Source: the human T2T-CHM13v2.0 reference genome, Homo sapiens
NCBI RefSeq assembly: GCF_009914755.1
Contig: NC_060940.1
DNA length: 64,000 nt
Direction: 5' to 3' (one strand)
The notes under the pieces are model-generated. The model saw only the letters and a list, made by a program, of their open reading frames with translations. It searched no databases and was not told the DNA's origin. Of this stretch, positions 45,770-64,000 are shown in pieces. Position 1 is the first letter of the stretch. Each line of letters opens with the position of its first letter. Position numbers and translations under genes: made by a program.

Positions 45770-45869
45770 CTTCCTGTCTACGGCGGTTGGACCTCCTGGC
45801 TCTCTGCTGTACATCCGTGGATCCATCATGTCCATTTTGAGACGGGAAGATAGTCTTCAGGAAAGACAC
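45770..45869 (-). CDS. NPIP exon 3
   Basis: [33 protein letters not shown]. Confidence 0.9.
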
Positions 45870-46171
45870 CTAGGAAATAATAATATAAGAATGACGGCTG
45901 GGCACGGTGGCTCATGCGTATAATCCCAGTACTTTGGGAGGCCGAGGCAGGGTGGATCACGGGGTCAGGAGTTCAAGACCAGCCTGGCCAAGATGGTGAA
46001 ACCCCATCTCTACTAAAAATACAAAAATTAGCCGGGCATGGCAGTGGGCGCCTGTAATCCGAGCTACTCGGGAGGCTGAGGCAGAGAACCGTTTGAAGCT
46101 GGGAGGCGGAGGTTGCAGTGAGCGGAGATCACACCACTGCACTCCAGCCTGAGCGACAGAATGAGACTCTG

Positions 46172-46172
<1 letters not shown>

Positions 46173-46204
<32 letters not shown>
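46173..46204. repeat. (CA)n microsatellite
   Basis: About 16 CA units replacing an Alu tail. Confidence 0.9.
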
Positions 46205-46207
<3 letters not shown>

Positions 46208-46343
46208 CACACAAGAATGACGAGGCTGGCATGTTGGCTCACTCCCGTAATCCCAGCACTTTGGGAGGCCGAGGCAGGCGGATCACCTGAGGTCGGGAGT
46301 TTGAGACCAGCCTCACCAACATGGAGAAACGCTGTCTCTGCTA

Positions 46344-46490
<147 letters not shown>

Positions 46491-46546
46491 TCAAACTCTG
46501 TCTCAAAAAAAAAAAAAAAAAAAAATAGGCCAGGTGTGGTAGCTCA

Positions 46547-46866
<320 letters not shown>

Positions 46867-47275
46867 TCAACACGGTTAGATGGTAATTATCATCTTGTAA
46901 GTATTTTACCACAGGTTAACATGTTTCACAACTTGAAAAGGAAGGAATTAATTACCTTCAGCTCTCTGAGTTCTAGAATTTGTAACATTTCACCCCCTGC
47001 TCCTTCCTGATCTGCACTGGAGCATCTTTCTTCTGTCCCTGCTCTACTCAGAGTTCACTTTCCCTTCCCTCACATCAGCTTCGTTGAGGCTGGTTTGAAC
47101 TTTACGCAAAACATTCTCACTAATGACTGAATTCCCACCAAATTTCCATATTATCACAGTATGCTTTTAATCTTCTCAGATATTAAGTATTTGTTCTCAT
47201 CATAGCTAAAATGCAAAGCAAATCCCATCTCAGATGTGGGTCAGATACCTATGAATCTCCTGAGGTAGTCATTGA

Positions 47276-47611
<336 letters not shown>

Positions 47612-47997
47612 TGATTTCTGCACATAGGATAAAAAAAAAATCATGTACTAGGATTTCGAGAGAAGCAATGGGTAATCTAAAAAGATGAAAAGAGCAACCA
47701 CGTCTATCCCACAGCTACTGCTAGATTTCATAGGAAAGGTAGCTGGCCCAGTTTGGAGCTAGGAGAAATGTCAAACACATGAAGAAATGAGAAGCAAAGA
47801 AATGCCATCACACATGAATGCTTCATGGCACCCATGATGTCCCTGCTTAGGAGGTAATGGTATAGATGACTAGATGACAAGGACAAAGATGAGAGGTACA
47901 AAGTTGTCCAAGTCCAACAGCTCAACTGAACTTTCCTAAATGGAATTGTTAAAAAGTGGTAAATTTAAAAACTTCCCCTGGCTCACGTGGTGGCTCA

Positions 47998-48300
<303 letters not shown>

Positions 48301-48429
48301 TTATACCAAAAATTCTCTGTTCAGGACTAAGTGGCATAGAGAATGTTAAATGTGCCTAGATATCTTCATAACTCATATATTTTCTGTTTTCCACATATCT
48401 TGAAAGGCAGTGCCAAATGACGTGTAATT

Positions 48430-49165
48430 ATCTAGGTGGTAAAACTGAAACATACTTCCTCTTCCCTTGAATATCAAAAAGCATTGTGGTATTAGTACTT
48501 TTATCTTGGATCATTGTTCAGAAGGAGGTTCAGCCCCCACACAACCACATTTTTACTGTCATGAGTGGCAAGACAAAATGTAGAGCTCAACTTACCCAAA
48601 GGAAAAAAGGCTCAAAAGACAAATTATGCCACAACTTAGCAGCCAAATTCTTACCAAGTACAGACTTTTGACATACTGATCTCTCTCCAGTTGCAAGTGG
48701 GAACATGCACTTTGAATGATGTCATTCAAAATTACCCTGCCCAGACACACTTTTCATTGATTCTCTTGGAGGGCAGTTCTAAGAGATTCTCTGGGGCTTT
48801 CTCTGCATCATGAGACGCAGTGCAGTTCTGCCCTTCACCTTCCGGCAGTTTGTCACCTCGTCCCTATGACCTCAGAGGAACTTTGTCTCAGGCCAACTGT
48901 TTGTTCCTTGGGCTCTTTCATTTCCCCTAAAAATCATTTGCTGCCCCTCTAAATGGCCTACATCTCCATCTATCTCCCTCTCCCCTCAGAAGAGGGTGCT
49001 CTTTAAGCATCAACCATCCAGCCCTTCTAGCAGTCTCATTTTTCAGCTGGTTCCCATGTTTATGCCTGTTCTATGTTTTTCTTTTCCTGTTAAGCTGTCT
49101 GTTGTCAGCTCATTTCTGCAGTGAATCTTCAGAGAGGAGATTGGAAGCTTTCCTTCCACCCATAC
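48430..49165 (+). mobile_element. ERV1-class LTR remnant (MER34/MER39-like); duplicated at about 52820-53558
   Basis: 3' end GCAGTGAATCTTCAGAGAGGAGATTGGAAGCTTTCCTTCCACCCATAC resembles these LTR termini; 5' boundary uncertain. Confidence 0.5.
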
Positions 49166-49492
49166 GATAGAACTATAAAGCAGAATAGTTTAGAAAGACT
49201 TTCCCATTTAAGTGACGAAACCTCATACTCCATTTGTGACAAATAGCACAAAGGTTAAAAAAACTTATTTTTGACCAAAAGCTCTGTTGACATTCTATTA
49301 AACACCGACCTATTTAATTTTCATAATGTAAATGGCAGATATTTTCATAATTCTTATGCTAATAAATCATTTCCCTGATTTTTTGGGTAAAACCACATAT
49401 TCATAATGAAGTCCAGAAACGTGAAGTGTTTCATATAATTTATTCTTATTTGTGATTACAAGTATACCTCTACAGAAAGTTAGTATACTCAC

Positions 49493-49621
49493 ACAAAGGT
49501 AAGTTGTGCAGAGGGAGATGGCAAATTTATAACTTCTCAGAAACACAGTAATGATAAGTAACCAAGGACTTCCACCAAAGTCAGTCCCACGATGACGATG
49601 GTCAGCCAGAGTATTGATAAC
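49493..49621 (-). CDS. NPIP exon 2, copy B
   Basis: 129 nt, same as copy A but ending YLC, TGT|GTGAGT donor; offset 4393 bp from copy A. Confidence 0.9.
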
Positions 49622-49861
49622 CTGGAATAATAATAGTTGAAATAATGAAAAGGTCAATGACACTGACAATATTTCACTCAGAAAGAATCATCCTTAGAAA
49701 CCGTCAACCTCCTCCAAAAGGTAACCACATCCCTCAGATATCACCGTGGGATTCCACTGCTACAAAAAAGAACAGAAGTTAGAGAAGTCTCATGTTTTTC
49801 AGATGGCTGGTAGTGTTTTTAGGCATTGCAAATGTGGGGTGTTGTCTTTCTTGGTATAAAG

Positions 49862-50700
49862 CAGGGATATCCAATCTTTTGACTTCCCTGCCTATATTAA
49901 AAGAAGCAAAGTTGTCTTGAGCCACACATAACATACACTAACACTAACAATAGCTGATGATCTAAAAAAAAAAAAAATTTTTTTTTTTTTTTTTTTTTGA
50001 GACAGAGTTCTGCTCCACTCAGTCGCCCAGGCTGGAGTGCAGTGGTGCAATCTCGGCTCGCTACAACCTCCAGCTCCTGGGCTCAAGCCATTCTCCTGCC
50101 TCAGCCTCCCGAGCAGCTGAGATTACAGGTCTCTGCCACCATGCCCGACTAATTTTTGTATTTTTAGTAGAGATGAGGTTTCACCATGTTGCCCAGTCTG
50201 GCCTTGAACTCCTGACAGGCGATCTGCCTGCCTCAGCCTCCCAAAGTGCTGGGATTACAGGTGTGAGCCACCGTGCCCAGCCATTTTTTTTCTTTTTGTT
50301 TGTTGTTTGTTTTTGAGATGGGGTCTCACTCTGTCACCCAGGCTAGAGTGCAGTGGTGTGCTCTTGGCTCACTGCAACCTCTGCCTCTCAGGTTCAAGTG
50401 ATTCTCCTGCCTCAGCCTCCTGAGTAGCTGGGAGTACAGGTGCCTGACAGTGCACTCAGCAAATTTTTGTATTTTTTGTGGAGATGGGGTTTTGCCATGT
50501 TAGCCAGGGTGGTCTCGAACTCCTGACCTCAGGTAATCTGCCCGCCTCAGCCTCCCAAAGTGCTGGGATTACAGGCATGAGCCACTGTACCTGGCCAAAA
50601 TCTCCTAATGTTTTAAGAAAGTTTACAAATTTGTGTTGAACTGCATTCAAAACTGTCCTGGGCCACATGCAGCCCGTCACTCATGGGTAAGACAAGCTAA
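49862..50700 (+). mobile_element. MER30 (hAT-Charlie) split by two Alus; duplicated at about 54255-55093
   Basis: CAGGGATATCCAATCTTTTG...ACACTAACACTAAC...GACAAGCT with a perfect 8-bp TSD GTATAAAG at 49854-49861 and 50701-50708. Confidence 0.85.
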
Positions 50701-50746
50701 GTATAAAGTAATTATCTTATCTTTTCTTTTTGTTTTGAGACAAAGT

Positions 50747-51542
<796 letters not shown>

Positions 51543-52069
51543 TTATGTGAGTGAAGACGAAGACTTCCCCTGAGTAAGTTCAGACAGCTTCTGATAACAT
51601 TTCTACATCGATTCCTCAGGATTTAACTATATATTCTTGAAAACATCTCAATTTTAAATGTTTCTTTCAAGATGGTGAATTAAACAGAGATAGCCCTTCA
51701 ACAGGTTGAACTCAGCATATGCTGAGTCTGAAATGGAAATGATGGAGTTAGAGAACCATACAACAATGGTAATGATTTCAGAAATATGGTGTTGAGCAGA
51801 ACAAAGCAGACACAAAAGAGTACCTATGGCATGGCATGCATCTGTATACGTGAAATTCCAGAATAAGCAAGCTAACCTATGATAAGAAAGAGACTGGCTG
51901 GGAAGAGTGAGAGTTCACTTTCTGGGGTGACATAATAGTGTAGATCTTGGCTGGGCACGGTGGTTCACGCCTGTAATCCCAACACTTTGGGAGGCCGAGG
52001 CGGGCGGATCACCTGAGGTCGGGAGTTCAAAACCAGCCTGACCAACATGGAGAAACCCTATCTCTACTA

Positions 52070-52279
<210 letters not shown>

Positions 52280-52399
52280 TTATGCTGGTGTATGTACTTT
52301 CCAAAGTTAGTAAACTTACACTTAAGGTTATATATTTTGGCCAGGCGCGGTGGCTCACGCCTGTAATCCCAGCACTGGGAGGCCGAGGCAGGCGGATCA

Positions 52400-52693
<294 letters not shown>

Positions 52694-53885
52694 TTATACC
52701 AAAAATTCTCTGTTCAGGACTAAGTGGCATAGAGAATGTTAAATGTGCCTAGATATCTTCATAACTCATATATTTTCTGTTTTCCACATATCTTGAAAGG
52801 CAGTGCCAAATGACGTGTAATTATCTAGGTGGTAAAACTGAAACATACTTCCTCTTCCCTTGAATATCAAAAAGCATTGTGGTATTAGTACTTTTATCTT
52901 GGATCATTGTTCAGAAGGAGGTTCAGCCCCCACACAACCACATTTTTACTGTCATGAGTGGCAAGACAAAATGTAGAGCTCAACTTACCCAAAGGAAAAA
53001 AGGCTCAAAAGACAAATTATGCCACAACTTAGCAGCCAAATTCTTACCAAGTACAGACTTTTGACATACTGATCTCTCTCCAGTTGCAAGTGGGAACATG
53101 CACTTTGAATGATGTCATTCAAAATTACCCTGCCCAGACACACTTTTCATTGATTCTCTTGGAGGGCAGTTCTAAGAGATTCTCTGGGGCTTTCTCTGCA
53201 TCATGAGACGCAGTGCAGTTCTGCCCTTCACCTTCCGGCAGTTTGTCACCTCGTCCCTATGACCTCAGAGGAACTTTGTCTCAGGCCAACTGTTTGTTCC
53301 TTGGGCTCTTTCATTTCCCCTAAAAATCATTTGCTGCCCCTCTAAATGGCCTACATCTCCATCTATCTCCCTCTCCCCTCAGAAGAGGGTGCTCTTTAAG
53401 CATCAACCATCCAGCCCTTCTAGCAGTCTCATTTTTCAGCTGGTTCCCATGTTTATGCCTGTTCTATGTTTTTCTTTTCCTGTTAAGCTGTCTGTTGTCA
53501 GCTCATTTCTGCAGTGAATCTTCAGAGAGGAGATTGGAAGCTTTCCTTCCACCCATACGATAGAACTATAAAGCAGAATAGTTTAGAAAGACTTTCTCAT
53601 TTAAGTGACGAAACCTCATACTCCATTTGTGACAAATAGCACAAAGGTTAAAAAAACTTATTTTTGACCAAAAGCTCTGTTGACATTCTATTAAACACCG
53701 ACCTATTTAATTTTCATAATGTAAATGGCAGATATTTTCATAATTCTTATGCTAATAAATCATTTCCCTGATTTTTTGGGTAAAACCACATATTCATAAT
53801 GAAGTCCAGAAACGTGAAGTGTTTCATATAATTTATTCTTATTTGTGATTACAAGTATACCTCTACAGAAAGTTAGTATACTCAC

Positions 53886-54014
53886 CCAAAGGTAAGTTGT
53901 GCAGAGGGAGATGGCAAATTTATAACTTCTCAGAAACACAGTAATGATAAGTAACCAAGGACTTCCACCAAAGTCAGTCCCACGATGACGATGGTCAGCC
54001 AGAGTATTGATAAC
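53886..54014 (-). CDS. NPIP exon 2, copy A
   Basis: 129 nt, [46 protein letters not shown] acceptor, TGG|GTGAGT donor. Confidence 0.9.
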
Positions 54015-55001
54015 CTGGAATAATAATAGTTGAAATAATGAAAAGGTCAATGACACTGACAATATTTCACTCAGAAAGAATCATCCTTAGAAACCGTCAA
54101 CCTCCTCCAAAAGGTAACCACATCCCTCAGATATCACCGTGGGATTCCACTGCTACAAAAAAGAACAGAAGTTAGAGAAGTCTCATGTTTTTCAGATGGC
54201 TGGTAGTGTTTTTAGGCATTGCAAATGTGGGGTGTTGTCTTTCTTGGTATAAAGCAGGGATATCCAATCTTTTGACTTCCCTGCCTATATTAAAAGAAGC
54301 AAAGTTGTCTTGAGCCACACATAACATACACTAACACTAACAATAGCTGATGATCTAAAAAAAAAAAATTTTTTTTGTTTTTTTTTTTTTTGAGACAGAG
54401 TTCTGCTCCACTCAGTCGCCCAGGCTGGAGTGCAGTGGTGCAATCTCGGCTCGCTGCAACCTCCAGCTCCTGGGCTCAAGCCATTCTCCTGCCTCAGCCT
54501 CCCGAGCAGCTGAGATTACAGGTCTCTGCCACCATGCCCGACTAATTTTTGTATTTTTAGTAGAGATGAGGTTTCACCATGTTGCCCAGTCTGGCCTTGA
54601 ACTCCTGACAGGCGATCTGCCTGCCTCAGCCTCCCAAAGTGCTGGGATTACAGGTGTGAGCCACCGTGCCCAGCCATTTTTTTTCTTTTTGTTTGTTGTT
54701 TGTTTTTGAGATGGGGTCTCACTCTGTCACCCAGGCTAGAGTGCAGTGGTGTGCTCTTGGCTCACTGCAACCTCTGCCTCTCAGGTTCAAGTGATTCTCC
54801 TGCCTCAGCCTCCTGAGTAGCTGGGAGTATAGGTGCCTGACAGTGCACTCAGCAAATTTTTGTATTTTTTGTGGAGATGGGGTTTTGCCATGTTAGCCAG
54901 GGTGGTCTCGAACTCCTGACCTCAGGTAATCTGCCCGCCTCAGCCTCCCAAAGTGCTGGGATTACAGGCATGAGCCACTGTACCTGGCCAAAATCTCCTA
55001 A

Positions 55002-55238
<237 letters not shown>

Positions 55239-55732
55239 TAACTGGGATTACAGGCGCCTGCCACCACGCTCGGCTAATTTTTGTCTTTTTAGTAGAAACG
55301 GTTTCACCATCTTGGCCAGGCTGGTCTCCAACTCCTGACCTCATGATCCACCTGCCTCGGCCTCCCAAAGTCCTGGGAATACACGTGTGAGCCACTGCAC
55401 CTGGCCAGTAGTTATCTTTTCTTTAGTTATTTACTTGTTTTTTAAATTGATGTATAACATTGGATGCATTTATTATATATCACATGGTAAAAGAATCCCT
55501 CTAAATAATACTTCTCTCTTGGATTATATGAATCTTTGTCATTTAAAGCTCAGCATAAGTAAAAAAAAAAAAAAATACAATGAAGAGATTACTTCATTCA
55601 CAAATAAGTATCGAATTTTAGTGCTTAAAAATTAACAAGGTGGGCCGGGCGTGGTGGCTCACGCCTGCAATCCCAGCACTTTGGGAAGCCAAGGTGGGTG
55701 GACCATGAGATCAGGAGATTGAGACCATCCTA

Positions 55733-56026
<294 letters not shown>

Positions 56027-56553
56027 TTATGTGAGTGAAGACGAAGACTTCCCCTGAGTAAGTTCAGACAGCTTCTGATAACATTTCTACATCGATTCCT
56101 CAGGATTTAACTATATATTCTTGAAAACATCTCAATTTTAAATGTTTCTTTCAAGATGGTGAATTAAACAGAGATAGCCCTTCAACAGGTTGAACTCAGC
56201 ATATGCTGAGTCTGAAATGGAAATGATGGAGTTAGAGAACCATACAACAATGGTAATGATTTCAGAAATATGGTGTTGAGCAGAACAAAGCAGACACAAA
56301 AGAGTACCTATGGCATGGCATGCATCTGTATACGTGAAATTCCAGAATAAGCAAGCTAACCTATGATAAGAAAGAGACTGGCTGGGAAGAGTGAGAGTTC
56401 ACTTTCTGGGGTGACATAATAGTGTAAATCTTGGCTGGGCACGGTGGTTCACGCCTGTAATCCCAACACTTTGGGAGGCCGAGGCGGGCGGATCACCTGA
56501 GGTCGGGAGTTCAAAACCAGCCTGACCAACATGGAGAAACCCTATCTCTACTA

Positions 56554-56763
<210 letters not shown>

Positions 56764-57013
56764 TTATGCTGGTGTATGTACTTTCCAAAGTTAGTAAACT
56801 TACACTTAAGGTTATATATTTTGGCCAGGCGCGGTGGCTCACGCCTGTAATCCCAGCACTGGGAGGCCGAGGCAGGCGGATCACGAGGTCAAGAGATGGA
56901 GACTATCCTGGCGAACATGGTGAAACCCAGTCTCTACTAAAAATACAAAAATTAGCCAGGCGTGGTGGTCTACTAAAAATACAAAAATTAGCCAGGCGTT
57001 GTAATCTGAGCTA

Positions 57014-57148
<135 letters not shown>

Positions 57149-57213
57149 TCATCAAACCAGATGACACAAATCAAATGACATTTCACTTTGTTTTGGTCCG
57201 TTTTGTTTGTTAG

Positions 57214-57375
<162 letters not shown>

Positions 57376-57522
57376 TGATGCCCTGGCTAGTCTTCAACTC
57401 CTGGACTCAAGTGATCTGCCCACCTCGGCCCCCTAAAGTGCTGGGATTACAGGCCTGAGCTGTGTAATTTCATGCCGCGTGACACAGCCCAGTAAAAAGG
57501 AAGAAACCCCGCGGGTCCAGCG

Positions 57523-57670
57523 TCTACTCACACAGGTGGACTGATGGCTGATAAATCCCAGCAGGAGCCGAAAGAGCAGCCACAGCACCCATCTACTCAC
57601 ACAGGTGGACTGATGGCTGATAAATCCCAGCAGGAGCCAAAAGAGAAGCCAAAAGAGCAGCCACCGCACC
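57523..57670. repeat. 69-bp tandem duplication spanning the NPIP alternative exon 1 donor
   Basis: TCTACTCACACAGGTGGACTGATGGCTGATAAATCCCAGCAGGAGCC at 57523 and 57592. Confidence 0.9.
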
Positions 57671-57675
57671 CGCAT
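57601..57675 (-). CDS. NPIP alternative first exon, signal-peptide-like
   Basis: MRVRWLLFWLLFWLLLGFISHQSTC, donor TGT|GTGAGT, phase 0; second in-frame donor at 57532. Confidence 0.8.
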
Positions 57676-57729
57676 GTCCTGGTCCTTTCAGGGCGCCCGG
57701 AGGTGGCCAGGACAGAGGTGGAGGTGGCT

Positions 57730-57900
57730 TAGGGCAGGGGGGAGGGAAGGGGACGGGGACTGGGCGGGATCTGAGTTGGGGAGGGGGAGGGGAAGGGGAG
57801 GGGAAGGGGAGGGGAAGGGGGGAGTAAGGGAAGGGAAAGGAGAAGGGGGCTGTTGGGTACCTGGAGGAGGTGGAGGAGGAGGAGGAGAAGAAGAAAGGGG
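57730..57900 (+). promoter_or_regulatory. G-rich polypurine tract upstream of NPIP alternative exon 1 (putative promoter element)
   Basis: Many G3-G6 runs, (GGGGAAGGGGA)n, GC box GGGCGG near 57762. Confidence 0.5.
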
Positions 57901-58395
57901 TCTGGGAAAGGATCCGGTTCAAATTAAGTTCTCAAGCGCTGGTGGAAGGTTTAGCTACAGGTCACGGAGAAGATCAGGGAAGCAACAGGACACGCGGGGC
58001 AAGGGAGCGTGAGGCTTAGGAGCAATTAGAGGGAGACAAAGGTTCTGCTTTCCACCAAACCTTCTTCGGTCTGGGCCCTCCCTTAGCAACCCTGGGGCTT
58101 TAGACTCTCTCTCCACCAATCCCTGATGACCCCGGTGGTGCCTCACAATGGACATTCCAAGTAGCGCCCGCATCATCCCAATGACCCCTCCCCCATCTCA
58201 GTCCCCCACGCTCCTCCCAAGACCAGGTCCTCTCTGGAACCTTCACAAACCTGATTTCTGGTCCACCCCAACCAGCTCCCTGTCCCTGCTTCTGGGCGCT
58301 CCTTCCTTCCTGAGCTCCCAGGGTTCCTCAAGGTCACTTTTGGTGACAAAACATAAAAAACAAATGATGGCAGGATGGCAGGAAGAACCTCATAC

Positions 58396-58458
58396 CCAAG
58401 CAGAGTGCCAGGTTTTACAGCCTCCGCTCAGCCATTCATATCCTAAGCAACAAAACAT
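58396..58458 (-). CDS. NPIP first coding exon, NPIPA1-type
   Basis: ATG at 58458 gives [21 protein letters not shown], then donor GTATGA, phase 0. An upstream AG acceptor would start the exon at 58527. Confidence 0.85.
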
Positions 58459-58544
58459 CAGCAGGATGCGGAAGGTCCCGATAGTAAACCATCTCCATCA
58501 CATCCATGTAGCCATCCGTCCATCAACCTGTATCTCAGGAACAA

Positions 58545-58830
58545 ATGTACATACATTCATTTTAAGCATGCATGGTACATTTACAAAAATTAACCTGACT
58601 TATTTTGTTCCAGCAAATCTCAATATATTTGAGAGCAATCAAATCACACAGCATGTTTCTGATCATATAACTGTGCTAGAAGTCAATGATTAAAAGCTAA
58701 TTCAAAATTATTATTTGCTTGGAAATTCAAAGTGCCCTTATAAGACATAAACATAAGAAAGAATCCAAAATGAAACAAGATTGCCTTTCAACTCAATGAT
58801 GAGATCATAACATGGCAATAAAATGTCTCC
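58545..58830 (+). mobile_element. Ancient L1 ORF2 endonuclease-region fragment
   Basis: Tail of ORF 58148..58693 (HTFILSMHGTFTKIN...VSDHITVLEVN) resembles the L1 EN motif YTFFS..H.T.SKIDH...SDH..IKLE. Confidence 0.6.
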
Positions 58831-59515
58831 CTCTGGCCTGGGAATTCCTCTTTGTGGCACAAGGTTGTGTGATCTCAAATCACCCCTAACCCACCTAGAC
58901 ATTTTAACATCCGAAACCGAGTGATGATGTCCTTATCTATATCATCTTACTGCCCGTGTGTGTGGACTTTAAATTCTGAACCCAAATGAGGGGGAGAAAA
59001 CCAAGCTGACTTTCATGACTGGCCTCTCAGGGACGTCCAAGGAATCTATGCATTTCAAGAAACAAAGTTCATCAGCTTCTCTCCTAAGGTGTTTGCCCAC
59101 AATACCCAGAGGGCTTGGCCGCATCATGTGTGATGGGTGGGGAGCTCCAAGCAGGTGGGCAGGACCCAGGGGCCTGGTGACCAGGACAGACCCCCACTGT
59201 CCATCACCTTTCCTGGCCCTGTCCTCAGCTAAACTTCCCACAGGCCTTCTGCCCAATCACACAGAGTGTGCCCAAACTCTCTCAGGCCTCTGGCAGCTGA
59301 AAACCACTGCTTTAAATCCCTTTACCATTTACTATGACATAAGGTTATTGTAAACAGGAAATATTCTATTGATGCTACAAATAGAAAGCCAATGCCTTTA
59401 CCATAAATAGAAAAACAACCCTAAGAAACAAGCAAAACAAAAACAAAACAGGGGCTGGGGGTGGTGGCTCACGCCTGTAATCCCAGCACTTTGGGAGGCC
59501 GAGGTGGGCGGATCA

Positions 59516-59745
<230 letters not shown>

Positions 59746-59917
59746 CTACAAACAAAAAACAGGGTTAACAAAAGTATGGAATTCAATTCTTTTTATATGC
59801 TGCAGCCATGTTCCAGCCCTAGATTTGGCTGGGCATGGTGGCTCACGCCTGTAATCCCAGCACTTTGGGAGGCTGAGGCAGGCGGATCACGAGGTTAGGA
59901 GTTCGAGACCAGCCTCA

Positions 59918-64000
<4,083 letters not shown>

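Noticed and set aside
58148-58693. 181-aa plus-strand ORF
   Set aside because: Chance read-through of unique sequence into a decayed L1 endonuclease fragment, antisense to an NPIP exon

Overview
Primate (almost certainly human) chromosome 16p segmental-duplication DNA, very Alu-rich, with all main genes on the minus strand. (1) RRN3 (TIF-IA) coding exons 1-16 lie at 29284 down to 271. All introns are GT-AG and the 1706 nt of CDS is open; the 3' end is outside the window, and there is a CpG-island promoter at about 29.1-29.5 kb. (2) An orphan PLA2G10 exon sits on the plus strand at 38300-38406. (3) An NPIPA-type (LCR16a core) gene spans 58.5-39.4 kb, with two alternative N-terminal exons and a C-terminal VNTR. 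(4) The 3' end of a PKD1 pseudogene (exons 27-33, broken inside exon 33) lies directly upstream of NPIP. This order matches my recollection of the 16p13.11 RRN3 / NPIPP1 / PKD1P6 locus. The most notable structure is a young Alu-mediated 4.4-kb tandem duplication that doubles NPIP exon 2 in frame, with a 0.68-kb inversion-plus-deletion in one copy. The NPIP 'pseudogene' has an uninterrupted spliced ORF whose tail crosses all three VNTR frames. The PKD1 exons are open and phase-compatible with NPIP exon 2, predicting a 513/556-aa PKD1-NPIP chimeric ORF. I see no wholly new gene family; most ORF-track entries are Alu translations.
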